From the NCBI GenBank assembly GCA_040357565.1, contig JBDODJ010000024.1: 64,000 nt of DNA; one strand, written 5' to 3'. Below, one piece after another: positions 36,319-55,391 of the stretch (its first letter is position 1; the number at the start of each line of letters is the position of its first letter). A program made the position numbers and the translations under genes. The notes beneath the pieces were generated by a model. The model saw only the letters and a program-made list of their open reading frames with translations, did not search any database and was not told where the DNA came from. This DNA is from Cercozoa sp. M6MM (taxonomy: Eukaryota; Protista; Endomyxa: Ascetosporea).

Positions 36319-38613
36319 CTACTGAAAGCGGTGACGGTTGCTGTAGTACGCCAGTGCGATCGCGATCAACGACATTAGGACGCCGAGCAAAACTGAGGCA
36401 TAGAGAGGATACAGTGAATTGAGTGACAAAAGAAAAACACGCACCAAGTGGGAACGGCAATCGCCTTTTCGCCTTTTGTTTAGCTTTGAGCATCTTTTCG
36501 TATTGTTCCTGCTGCTGGATAACATCGCGTTGACGTTGTTGCAGATGCTGCTGCAAGTTCATGTGTTCTTCCTTGTGACGACGGCGCTCTTCTCTCTTGC
36601 GCGCGCGCGCCTGGGGACCTTCCTCGAGTGCAGCGTCCTACACGAACAGCAACGGAATGTTGGCCTTCAGCAAACACTCGACATGAGAAGAGAGAAGTTA
36701 CGTGCAGGCGCGCACCCATGCCACCTCCGAACGCAATCAACGGGACTGACTCCTCCTCATCGTCCACGTCGTCGAGTCCATCTTCGGTGGCACCGCGTAT
36801 TCTGCCGTTTGCGAGATCGTCTTGCTTGCTTGGCTGCACCACGGCGGCGGCAGCAAGCAGCAACGGCGACAAACGACTCTTCTTGCGCTTGCTTTCTGAG
36901 CCCGAACCGGAAGTCGACAGCGTGTCCGACAGCTCTTTCGGCGAGCTAGGCGATGTGCTGCGCCACTCAGAAGCGATCGAACAGGGTTGAGGAGGGAAAG
37001 GTGCGAAAGGCGACCACACACATTAGCCAACCCTCGAACAAGTTACCTTCTGGAACGACTGTGGTGACGACCACGCACGCGACGACTAACGCCGGCCAAA
37101 GTCACCAACGAAGCGGCTATAACACCAACGATAGTTATACAGTAAAGTCATCGTCACAACACACGAGGACGCCAAGTGTACCATCCAAACGACGGCACTG
37201 TCGCCAGAATTCTTGCGACTTTTTGGCATCACGCAGCGACACAGGAGCGTTCACCGACGGAGATACCATGTGATTGATGGCATCGATGGCGTCACTCTCC
37301 ATGCGCTCGGCTTCGGCGCCACCAAATACACAGACGAACTCGGCTACGAACAAGTCGGGGCTGACTCAAAAAAAACACAAGATTAACGGCATCGGTACCC
37401 AATTCCGGTCGCTCCAAGGCTTCGCGCGGAGTCATGAGACGCTCGCGTGCGGTGCGCAGCTGCGTCGTCTGTGGCACCTTGTGGGTACCTTTGCGCACGC
37501 GCTTCATGAGGGTCGCGTGCTTGTAGAAGAGCGTCTCGAGCTGCGAGCACGCTCGCTCGAAAGGACAGGCGGCGTAGAAGGGCTCCTTCTCAATGGCAGC
37601 CAGCACGCCTCGCACGCCGTCACCGCTGTCGCAGCCAGCAGCGGCACCCGACAGACGCTCGTATTGTTGGAGAGCCTTCTCGAAGCCACGAAGATTTATG
37701 AGCGAGTAGTCCTCGAGACCCTGCAGACCTCTTCCGGTGACAAGCATGTCGTATTGCAGCGCTTGCATGTCACATCGCAGACGCTCGCGCTCACTCGCGT
37801 CCATTTCGCCAAGCTGCTCCGGTTGCAGCGACTGATGCACCTCGGCAACGCGTTCCACCAGGCGCGCAACGCGCCGGCGAAAGAACGCCTCGGCAGCACC
37901 GACGAAGCGATTCAAACGCTCGATCTCCTCATCCACGGCAGCGAAAAATGCCGTATGCGCAGCTGCAAAACAGGCACGGCGTAACAGCACAAACACGACA
38001 CAGAGAGAAGACATACGGCCCATGCGGGCAGCACGATCGCGAGTCAACTTCGCGGCCATGTTCAGTCGTTGCGAGCGGCGCTTCTCGCGGCGTTTCGCGC
38101 GGCGCTGTTGTTCTTCACGGCGCTGCTTGCGTCTTCTTCGACGCTGCACGGATGGCGACAAAATGAAATCACACACAAGCATCGTTTTTGGAACCAAAAC
38201 TAGAGAGTACCTCCTCGCGGCGATCAACAGGCTCGTCGGTCTCGGCCTCGGCCGAGGTGCTCTCAGGTGTGGGTTCCTCAAGCTCTTCTTCTTCATCAAA
38301 GTCGTCGTCATCCAGGTCGTCGACGTACGGGTCATCGGTGTCACCGACAGCCCCGTCATCATCATCGACATCATCCTCAAAGTCGATCGCCTGCCCAAGC
38401 GATGCGTGAAAGCGGCACACGCCTCGCGCCGGCGAGGCAAGGCAAGGCAAGACAAGAGGAGGGAGGGTGGGGAGAAAACAATACAGATGGCGGTCTGTGA
38501 TGCGCGCTCTCGTAAATCTGACCCAACCGCTCCTTTAGTGCCTCATAGTCGAGGTAGTGCTCGCGCCACTGCGGCACGGCATACTCGTCTAGCAGCGTCG
38601 CGAACGTCGCCAT
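36319..38613 (-). CDS. SPX-domain protein with coiled coil and C-terminal TM anchor
   Basis: MATFATLLDEYAVPQWREHYLDYEALKERL; AFFAAVDEEIERLNRF; LEDYSLINLRGFEKALQQYER (the three SPX blocks). C-terminus LLGVLMSLIAIALAYYSNRHRFQ*. Confidence 0.8.
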
Positions 38614-39436
38614 GGTGTGTTTGCAAGACCAAGCAAAACAGCAACAACGACAGTACTGCACAAAAGCATGTGAATATGGGGGGCGAAATTGTTTGAAGGT
38701 AGAGCCAATGAAGACTGGAACCAACACGCGACGAAAAACCAAGAATTCAACGCAAAAACGCGAAAAGCTCAAAAAACGTACCGCTACAGCGACATCTGCC
38801 CGAGGGCACAACTCACGCAGGCCGTGAGCGGGACACGAGAGGGGAAGCGCTGGGGAGCCGGCGAGGGAGGCTTTTTCCAGCTGCCAAAAAAAAAAAAATT
38901 GATCCCAAACGGCGTTGCTTTGGGAATCCGGGAATCCTTTGGGCGTGTCGCTCGCCAGTGCTGGCGTTAACTTGAGGTGTTAACTTGGCCTTAGAGACTT
39001 TAGTCCGAGTCACGGGGTTTTTGGTTTTCGTACAGCAGCCACGGGGGGAGTGATTGACCACCCAGTCTGCGACTCAACTTATCGAAATTCGAAATTCGAC
39101 ATTCGAGTGCTTTGAAAGTCCGTAATTGACGCAAAACCATCGACTTCGGACCTTGTTGCCGCTTGCACGACTTTGACACTGTTCTTGTACAATTGTATTA
39201 TTGACCGGATCAGGATGTCAGAAGACTAAATAAAATTACTGTACAAGTACTTGTACTGTCTTCTGTCGTGTATGGTAGTGATCAGCAGAAGATGAATAGT
39301 TGCATTACTGTTGTTCCCTATTTTGTTTTTACGCGGTAGCACCGGCTCAATGAGCCGATAACAGCTGACACCCACAACAAGACCCGCATGTCCTCGATTA
39401 GTGTGCTTTTCGCTGTGTGTGCGCAGTGGTGCTGTC

Positions 39437-40628
39437 ATGAGTGCGGACATTAAGTTGAATGACCTTCTGGTGGAGGATGTGAATAGATTTGGTGCGATGT
39501 TATAGAAAGGTTGAAAAAGACGTGTGTGAAAGACTTAGTTGTTTGTTTGCGTACCTACAGAACGGCCCGTAAGTGCCGAGGAGTACACCGAGACGTATCG
39601 AGATGCGACCCTTGTGATCGACAATGGCACGTACTTCACCAAGAGCGGTTACACGAAGGACGCGGCGCCGCGTCTTGTGACGCCTTCCACCGTTGCCAGA
39701 AGTCGTACACGTGGGTGCTTTCGCTGCTGTCACTCACTTGCAGTACGATCACAGAACCAGTCAATGCGCCCTGTCTGTTGTGTAGAGGCGGCGTGGCTGT
39801 TGGCTGGCATACAACAGGACTCGAATCGCATCGTTACGCCATTCGATCGCCCTTCCGTGCCAATGTTGCGCAGGTAAACACAGAAACGCACTTTACTGTG
39901 TTGTACTGCTCTTCTGGTCTGTCGAAATGCGTGCGTGTGTGCGTGTAGCACTTTGAGTGCCTGGAGCACCTGGTGGACTACCACCTGGCACAACTCGGCG
40001 TCGGCAGCGACTCGGCGCAGAGCGTGCGGCATGACGTCGTGATGACCGAGTGTCCGTTGAACCCGGCGTGGTCGCGTGCGCACACATTCGAACTCATGTT
40101 CGAGTGCTACAGTGTTCCGCGTGTGGCGGTACCCTTCTACTTCCCGTTGTGTTTGCTTGTCTCCTGGGATATCCTTGTGGTGGATGCTATGTTGTCTGGA
40201 TTTGAAGATGCTGTGCGATCCCTTGTGTGCCTGGAAACGACACGGCTGTCCGCGTTTCTGTCTCGTTGTACACGTGGGTCACACGCGGTCGCACGTTGTG
40301 CCGATTCGCGATGGCAAGGCGGACTGGCTCAGTGCTTGGTATACCTCCTTAGTGTACCTACCTACATCCTACCTTTGTCTTCCTGACTCTTGTGACAGGC
40401 GACTCGACGTTGGCGCTGCGCACGGCGCGCTGATCATGCGCGATCGCGTGCGGGCACTTCGGCATGGCGGTGTGTCCATTGTGCGCGTCCATGCTGCAGT
40501 ACACGGTGTATGTACGTGTGTGTGTAGAGGAGGTGCAAAACAAGGACACACGTGTGATGGGAGTTGGTGTCGGCGATCACGAACGCGACGAGAGCAAGAC
40601 AAAGTTCACACTCAATGTACATTTGACG

Positions 40629-40681
<53 letters not shown>

Positions 40682-41231
40682 TTGTACCACATGGTGTGCC
40701 CTTGCAGCACGCACTGTCTTTTTCGCGTCGTTTCGGTCGTGTTGCTGTCGACTACGACGAGTTGTTGCGTACCATCACCATGGGGGGTATGGTTGGGGAA
40801 GGGGCAAACACACCCACACACACACACGCGCGCGCACACGCAGGCAAGCGTGAATGGGACGAACTGGCCGTGCGAATCCCGGTCAAGAAGAATCAAGCGA
40901 CCTTCCTCACGGCGCAGCAGTTGCGTGCACGGCAGGTGCTTTCTCTCAGCCTTTGCATTTACGTATTATTTATATTTGTATGTAGTTATGATGTATGCAT
41001 GTATTTATGTTGTATGTATGTACGTATGTATGTATGCAGGAGAGAAGAAAGGCGTTGGGAGAGCGTTTGACAAAGATGACCAAAACGCGCAAACTCGAGC
41101 GAATTGCGGCGCTGCGTGAGGTGTGATTTTGCTTTGCTTTCTTCTGTGCATATGCTGTACAGTTTTGATCGGTCGTACAGGACATCAACCGCGCGGAAGA
41201 ACTGCTTGCCAACCTTGCAAGGTGACCTCTT

Positions 41232-41293
<62 letters not shown>

Positions 41294-41303
41294 NNNNNNN
41301 NNN

Positions 41304-41354
<51 letters not shown>

Positions 41355-42757
41355 GCACACACACACACACACACTTCTTCCAACCCTTCGTATCTTCAAC
41401 TTCTCATATACCCTGTGTGCAGTGGCAAGATCAGTCGATCCGCATTCGAAACCTCCGTGTCCGACGACTTCAACATCGATGGTACCTTTGTGTTGACTTG
41501 TCACACGTCCGCGCGGATGGGTGTATGTGGTACACACAGTGACCGACTACGGCGATGCTGTTGAAATGGTGCACTTTCCTCACTGAAATTTGTGACTCGG
41601 GTTTAATTTAAGCTTACACGAGTGTTGGCGCGTTCAGTTCTCGGACGAGGTGTCGGTGTGGCACCGCACGCTGTGCAACTCGCTAGTTGCCGTCAACGAG
41701 GTTTGCGAGGTGTGTTCGTCGTAGCTGATCCCTCCTCGTTTTAGCTGGAAGTTACCTTTGTCTGTGTGCAGTACGACAAAATGACCGAGGCCGATCTGAC
41801 GCGTGTTTTTCCTCTCGCCTTTCGGTGTGTTACCTTCTCAGTCCTCCCATCTGTCTAAACTGTGCTGTGCTAATGTGTGTTCCTTGTGCAGCGAGGTCGA
41901 GGAGTGCGAGGCCTCACAGAAGCGCGAGCGACAGAATCAGATGCGTCTTTTGGGTACTTTCTTGCGCATAGACAGTGTCTGCATGAAGTACGCGAATATT
42001 GCAGCCCAGGTGCGGCAGCGACAGCAGCGAATTCAAGACGGAAACACTCCGTTGGACGCACGACTCAGCAACAGTACACATTGCTCCTGTTTGGCCCTCC
42101 CTTAGCCTTTGCTCTTGTCTTTGCCCTTTGCCCTTTGCCCTTTGTCTCTTGCCTTGTATCCCTTGCCTTGTATCCCTTGCCTTGTATCCCTTGCCTGTGT
42201 CGTTAGAACGCGATACACAGCAGGCGCAGTTCGAAGAAGATCCGAAATCCTACAGTACAAAGCAACATATGCAGACTATATCTTTTCTGTGGGAGAAACC
42301 GTTACTTTTGTGGGTTTTAGTCGCGAAACTCGTCGAGAAGCGTCGCGGAATTCTGCGACAGTTCTCCGAGAAGATTCAGTCCAAGTCACAGGTAATTCGG
42401 TCCTACCTGTTCTACCTCCTTTGTCATCGACTCTGCGCCTGATTGTGACAGACTCCCACCACTGATGTCGTGCGGGCACGAAGACAAGTGGCCACGAGGG
42501 TCAAGTACGCCTCAGTCGACGTTGAGAACATGGCCGACGCTGCCTCGTAGCCTATTTTTTCCCTTTCGGGGTATCAACTTACCTCCTCCCCAGGTGGATG
42601 GCTGAGCGTGCCGAAGACTCGGAAGACGATCGTGCCCAAGAGGAACTGGCTGACACGGAGAAGTTGCTGAATCGTTTCGATCCCGTACAACATCCACTTA
42701 GTTCGGGTCCTCCGTGTGCATCCCTGAAAGAGAGAGGGAGAGAGAGAGTGTGTGTGT

Positions 42758-42845
<88 letters not shown>

Positions 42846-43205
42846 CAGGACCAAGTGATCGCATCGAGTATTCTGGCCGAGAGTCGGGCCAAGAAGCGCG
42901 CGCGCAACACGGGCAGCGACATCTCGGTGGAAGACAAGCTCGCCATGCAACGGTCCGACGCGCTGTATTTGTCGCTCGAGCGCTATCGCGCCGGCGAGGC
43001 CTTGTTCCGTCCATCGCTCTGGGGCAACGAGCAGTGCGGCATTGGTGAGGCCACCGTGCGCGTCTTGCAGTAGCTTCCTCCTTTTCTCCTGTCTTTTTTG
43101 GTCTTTCTTTTCTGTCTGGCATGCACATTGCTCTGTGTGTCTGACTCGATGCAGAAGCATGCCAGTGGATCAGGCCAAGGAGCTGGCGCAGCATATGTAG
43201 TTATT

Positions 43206-43243
<38 letters not shown>

Positions 43244-43868
43244 TTTATCTGTATTTTTTGTGCAGCATTCTTACTGGTGCGGCGGCATCGATGCCTGGTC
43301 TCAGAGAGCGAATGTTTAGGTGCCAAGAACGTTGCAAGTTCTTGTGTCCAACGACAAAATGCGGTTTGTGTTGACGTTTCAGAGAGGTGCGGGAGGAGTG
43401 GCCCATGGAGCTACCGCTGAATGTACTTGCACTTCACGTGATAGCTTGCTTCAGCAGTGTTCGTGGGCGTTCTTGTAGGTGCGCGTGTCCGAGGATCCCA
43501 TCAACGACACCTGGGTTTGACTCTTGTGTTCAATAAAGTTTGGGGCATGTTGTCATACGCAAGACATGCGCAGATGGGAGCTGCCGCGGCGAGTCGCGAG
43601 CCTGGCTTCATGCAGTCGGCCAGTCTGACCAAACAAGAGTTTGAGGAAGTCGGTACGTTTGTCATTATGTTGGCTTTCTTCCGCTCACGTGGTATTTGTC
43701 GGGATAGGCGCGAGTAGGTTCGATCACTGTCACAAGACCAGTCAGCTCGGTAACCCCGACTACGGGCCTGCTCTGCGCGACGGCTCGCTCAGAGTGCAAG
43801 CGCAGCGCAAGATGCCCACCAAGTCGGGCTCGGCTCTCAATGCCTTGCGGCGAGCCCTTCGCACTTAG
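39437..43868 (+). CDS. ARP5: Actin-related protein 5 (INO80 complex subunit); start approximate
   Basis: LVIDNGTYFTKSGY, IRSPF, VVMTECPLNPAWSRAHTFELMFECYSVP, a long charged insertion, and ERYRAGEALFRPSL..EQCGIGE. Confidence 0.88.
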
Positions 43869-44169
43869 TTAACGTTTTCCTTTTGTGACGCTGACTCCTC
43901 CGCCTGTCGTACGTACCCGACCGTTCAATATGTCCTCGCTAAATTCGGTCCCGTTCCGGACCCTACCGTACGGTACAGTACAGTACAGTACTATTACTAG
44001 TTTCCTGGCAAGCACCGTGACCGGACGGCAACGCAACTGGCCGTTCCAACTCAGTTCAAGACGTAAACTTCCAATTTTACTTAATTAAAAATAGCTGAAC
44101 TGCAGTGCTACTGACCGGAAATTATCGCCACACCACGGTACTACGAACTGCACCATGCCGCGCCGAGCG

Positions 44170-46671
<2,502 letters not shown>

Positions 46672-46971
46672 GTTTATCTGTGCAGTGCTCTCAATTTTGC
46701 AGTACTGGGAGGAGACGCGCAGTCGCTGCCTCGTTTTTTTGTTTCGAAATAGTCAATTCGAACCGGCGCGGGGGACTCATTTTACTCCAGCTAAAAATAC
46801 TTAAACTGAAACTGGCAATTGCTACAGTATGCCTCACTAAACCCAGAAAAGTGGGATGTTTTGGATGCCGGAGCAGCTAATCGGATCGATTGAGTGATCG
46901 GAGTGATGGTGATACCATGTTGCCCAGGTGCGCGTCGTGGTGAGATCACAACGTCTTGGAATCCAGCAGTT

Positions 46972-48557
46972 TCACAAGGTTGTGGATCTTGAGCAGCCGA
47001 TCACGCCAAGCGGGGCGACGACGTGAAGCCAAAGAAGCCTGAAAACGACAAAGCGCTCTTGGGTGGAACATTGTGCCTTGACAAAACCACGCTTACCTGG
47101 AGAAGCGGCACGGCGCGCATACTTCGCAGCATGATGGCTGTAACTCAGGTGCACGTAAATACGCACAAAGGCTCAAAGTTGAAAAGGCGGCACCATCGAA
47201 GCCACGTGCATTGAAGGAAGCGACGAGTTGGCGCTCTAGTGCGCCGACAAACTGCTCCGACTCTGCAAACACGCGCTCCTTCACTGCAACAACAACAAAA
47301 CTCCCAGTCATCATACTAATCGCGGTTGAGGCAAAGCTACACGAAGTGGGCAGGTTCTCGGTGCCTTCCACAGCTTCGGCAAGGTGCGACTGGATCGAGC
47401 GCTCCAAGTAGATGCACCTGTGCGGACAGAAAGAATGAGACACTTGCATCTGGTCATAAACGTTCTCTACCCAAACCGCGGCGCCAGTGTGGCTGATCTT
47501 GCGAGTAGCCAGCCGCGAATCGAAGCTTGCTGCGAGGCGTACTCTGCGCACGTGTCAAGTAGTAATCAATGGAAGCAGTCCTGTCACCAGAAAGGGAGGA
47601 AATGCCTTCAAGACCAGCGCCAAGTGCAGGAACGGTGCCGAGCTCACTGCCGATCACCGCGAACAACGGTCTCACCGGGTCACTGCGCAATAGTTCCATA
47701 CCGTTGGCAGACAAGAATATAGTGGCATATCTCTTTCGCCATAATAAGATTGCGTACGCCATAACATGATTGGGCACATACGGAAGTGCGTTCATGTCCG
47801 GGTAGACAGTTTCAAAAACACGACGAACACGCGCATCTTCGTTCTTTCCTTTGTCGCTGTGTTTTCATCCAAGCACACTGTACATCGGTGTGAGCGTGTG
47901 CATGCATGCCCTAAAAGGTACCACAAGGAGTCAGTATCGATGATGACGGCGTGCGGTGTGGTCGCAAAGTGTTGCTTCGCGGCCTCGTAGGTTGCGGCTC
48001 CATCATCTTCTTTCTCCTGCACCACCACGCGCGCGACGCCTAGTGACTGCTCACATGAGTGCACTTGCATTGACGAAATCCAATACGCTGTACCTCAAGC
48101 GCCTGCGCATCTGGACCGTTCTTGTCAATAACGGCAACGACGTCAGCGCCGAGTGATGCCGCACGAGCGCACAGACGCATACCTACCGGACGCTGCAAGG
48201 AACATAGTCAATAACACATACAGACGACACAGAGCTGTGGTAAAACGACACAGAACTGTGGTAAATCGGGGATACGTTTGCGCCAAAGATGAGAACATTG
48301 CGACCTCTCCAGAATCTGCACACTTATTCAATCTTTGTTTCTTCATAGCTTTCACAGTGCAAAAATGCACATGCACTCATACATACGCAACACAAGCCAA
48401 TTTACGCAGTGGCACGCTTTGACAGATTGGCCATCTAAACAGCAGCAAACGCAGCGCGATTTTCGTAATTACATTCAAAATCAGATTGTACCTGCTGCGC
48501 AGCCCATACGCACAGCACAGCGCCAAAGAAAAACAGCAGCAAGTTTAAGGGATCCAT
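46972..48557 (-). CDS. Divergent short-chain dehydrogenase/reductase with N-terminal TM segment (3' end uncertain)
   Basis: MDPLNLLLFFFGAVLCVWAA; FWRGRNVLIFGAN|RPVGMRLC...GADVVAVIDK (Rossmann-like); IGSELG...YASQQASIRGW at the YxxxK position. Confidence 0.6.
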
Positions 48558-48611
48558 GGAATCACTCGCTCTGTCTAAACACGTTGGTTTGAAAAAGATA
48601 CTTTTAAAGAA

Positions 48612-51687
<3,076 letters not shown>

Positions 51688-52433
51688 TTATAAAACTTTA
51701 AAATATAAGTCGACGTTTATGCGAAACAGCTGTCACGCGAAGGGTGGAAGTTCCAAGTGCCTGTCTACAGTCCTCCGGAACCACCTGCTCGTAACAATAG
51801 TTTTGTGTCATTCAGCGGTGTGTTTCATCAGTCCTGATACACCGACCATTCAGGCACGAAGGCATACCGAAAGTTAAAGCATGCATTTGACCGCGCAGAG
51901 AAGGTTCCGCTGACATGTTTTCTGAATCTTGGTGCCATTAATAACGGTATTTTGGATCAATTTCGACAGGAGGGTAAGCGTGGTGGTGATGGGAGGGACG
52001 ACACATGTTTCCCGAGCGAAACGGTCGTTGACCCAGATCTGTCTGACTCCAGCGACTTTGTCTAATGGCTGCGGAGCTCGGTCCGTCTAGCAACGCCGCG
52101 CTAGTTGACTGCGTTCCCGACGCTACGAGCCTGCCAAATATACCACAATAACTGACCCGTTTACTCGTCGGTACTTCCATACGACGATATATAGCTATAT
52201 ATATAATATCATATATATGCGATGGTACACCGTAGGGAACTCTCGACTGACGTGACAATCGTTTAACTAACTAACTGACTATGCACCGCATGTGATCATA
52301 ACCGCGCGGGCGGTTCGATTGGAAACGAAAATAATGATAGTCGGTCAATCGAAGTCCAACGCAAGTCGGCGGCGTTCACATAAACGGAACCGACTGGCTC
52401 AATGTACAATGAGTGCTTGAGCGTCGCCTGGTT

Positions 52434-52607
52434 TTATCGACGCGACAGGTTGTTTAGTCGCGCTTCAAGCTCGTCGTCTGTCTTCTCTTCCACAGCTTCT
52501 GCCCGCTGCGGCACCTGTGTACGCGTACACGCAGATTTAAAAGTTACACAGACACAGACACAGACACAGACACAGACACACACAGACACACAGACACAGA
52601 CAGATAC

Positions 52608-52658
<51 letters not shown>

Positions 52659-53592
52659 CACAGACACACAGACACACACACACACAGACACAGACACAGA
52701 CACAGACACAGACACACTCTCCAAGCGGCATAAGGGACCTTGGATGGCGCGTCAACGAGTTCTTCGGCAGCGCTGATGCCAATCTCGTCGAGTACCTACA
52801 CGGATAGCCAACGTACAGATGCACCGTCACAGAGACACAGTGACACAGTGAGACACACCTGGTTGACAATCATGTCCTCGGCGATCTCGTCCTCTTCGTC
52901 TTCCATGGCTGCGTCCATCGTGTCCTCAAGCATCTCCTGCTTGAACTCCATCTGCTCCGACTGCTTGGCAAATTCGCGCATCACGCGCTGCAGCATCGGC
53001 AAATTCATCTGTGCCTGCGCACACACATCAACCCACATACATACACATAAACATACACACAAGAGGTCAATAGTTTAGGTACATTAAGCACACTCATGGA
53101 GCGGGCGCATGAGTGCATGGAGCGCTGCAGCGTCGCTTGAGACTGCATTTCGGTCATCTGGAGCGACAAACCGCGCAGCTGCGCCATCAGGTTGATGAAC
53201 TTCTCTTGCGACTTGCGCATGCGCACGAGGTCCTTGGCCATGACACGCACCGGCTTCATCTGATTTTGCTTGGCCATCTTTTTGATGTCGTTCTTGAGCT
53301 TCACTTCTTGCCGCTCCAATCCTGTCATCCCACAGACACAACCCACATTGCATGGACTGGTAGGCAAAGACCCAGGACACCTTTGCGTTCGCGCTCGAGC
53401 TGTCGGATGCTGCGGTCCACCATACGCTTCTGTTCTCGGATAATCTCCTTGACATCTCGCTTACTACCGAACGCGCTATATGACACCCAAAACAAACGGT
53501 AGCGGCAACAGGAAGCAGAAACCGACTGACAACAGCAAGCATTGATGAGGGACGAAGGCCCGTTGAGCAAAAAGTGAAAGGATATACCCCAT
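52434..53592 (-). CDS. VPS2: ESCRT-III subunit VPS2/CHMP2
   Basis: MG|[30 protein letters not shown]...[10 protein letters not shown]...MAKDLVR...[20 protein letters not shown]...[14 protein letters not shown]. Confidence 0.95.
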
Positions 53593-53803
53593 ATCCGTCG
53601 TTTTTGGAGGCACTAACCACTAATGGGGGTATAAACACGTTGTGACACCCGCCTGGTCGTTATAGTACTGTACTGTACGCCACCGAGCAGAAGCGTTTGC
53701 TGGCTACAAGTAGTAGTACCTTTGGCCGTAATTAGTGTGTGTTTTGGGGTGTGTTTGTCCGTGGTTTGGTCTTAGTGTATTAACACAGTCCCGAGCACAC
53801 CAA

Positions 53804-54955
53804 ATGAATGCACTGGACGAGGCGGCAGCGTCAGCACTTGCTGCCGCGGGCTTGGCGCAGCGGACGGAGCGTACTGTGCGCCCTCTGGTACCGTCGGCTC
53901 CCATTATCCGCTCCCGACATGCGACGTCACACACCTTTGCCTGTACGTGTCGCAGGCACATTCATCGAAGACACAAGAGGAGGTTGCGGCGCACTACGAC
54001 CAAGTCACGCACCAGGCGGCGCAGGAGGAACGACATGAGACCGCAATCGCCGCGCTTCGTCGGTGCGTTTGGTTGCATCAACTGAACCATTTACATTCTT
54101 AAGTGTTAGATGCGTGCAGACTCAACAACCTCGCCAAGGACAGGTTGTTGAGCATGTACCTGCAGCTTTTGCCTGGAGCAGTAGTGCTTGACTTGTGCGG
54201 AGGCAAAGGCGGTGATTTGCACAAGTTCACGCGCTTGGGGGTACAGCCTTTCTTTGTTTTAATTTAGTGTGTTGTGATTGCTTTTCTTCTCTTAGGTGAG
54301 ACATTGGGTTCTCGCGGACCACTCGGAAGGTGCGGTGCTGGAGGCGATACGGCGATACAACGAACTGCACGATAAGACAACACCGTACGTATCAGTTTTA
54401 TTGTTTTGACTTGATTCACCGGTGTCAGTTTGGTTCTTTGCGCAGCAAGATGTCAGCCGAGTTCCTTGCGGGTGATTGTTTTGGTGCCGCTCTGTGCGAT
54501 GCGCTGGCTCCCTCGCTGCGCTTCGATCTGGTGAGTTGTCAATTCAGTATGCACTACTCGTGGGAGAGCGAGGCACGTGCGCGCGGCTTTCTTCACAACG
54601 TCGTAACGCTTCTGTAACCGTTATTGGTGTGTTCATTCTTCCAACTTACCACGAGTGCGAGTAGGCGCAAAGATTGAAGCCTGGTGGCATCTTTGTGATG
54701 AGCACAACTGATGCCGAAGCACTCGTCTCGCACTGGCGCAAGTCTCCGCACAACTCGGTGTGCATTGCCTGCTATATCGCGCTGTTGTATGTCTAAGAAT
54801 GCTGACTGCAGACTGAACCGTGTTTCAAAAACGACTACTGCCACGTGCGATTTGATCGCGTACGCACCGGCGACGCCTCACGCGATCGTTTCGATCCGCG
54901 ACGACCGTTCGGTCACAAGATCTTCTTCTCGCTCGGCTCTTCTGTCCAGGTGGGG

Positions 54956-54990
<35 letters not shown>

Positions 54991-55198
54991 ATACATATAT
55001 ATATATATTCTGTGTGTATGTCCCCGACGTCTCTTTTTAGTTTGTTTGAGTGTGTATGTGTGTGTGTGTTTGTATGTGACAGGACTGTGCAGAGTTCCTG
55101 GTCAGTGTTCCTATACTTCGGGCGATGGCAATGCATGTGGGCCTTGAGTTACTCAACTGTGCCAACCTCACCGTATTTTTATTGCTTTGCCTGATACT

Positions 55199-55244
<46 letters not shown>

Positions 55245-55344
55245 NNNNNNNNNNNNNNNNNNNNNNNNNNNNNNNNNNNNNNNNNNNNNNNNNNNNNNNN
55301 NNNNNNNNNNNNNNNNNNNNNNNNNNNNNNNNNNNNNNNNNNNN

Positions 55345-55391
<47 letters not shown>

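Noticed and set aside
37274-37984. Long plus-strand ORF (236 aa)
   Set aside because: Antisense shadow of the GC-rich SPX exon; no recognisable protein features.
8569-38613. PiT transporter plus SPX protein as a phosphate gene cluster
   Set aside because: About 24 kb apart, separated by unrelated genes, and no shared regulatory motif was seen.
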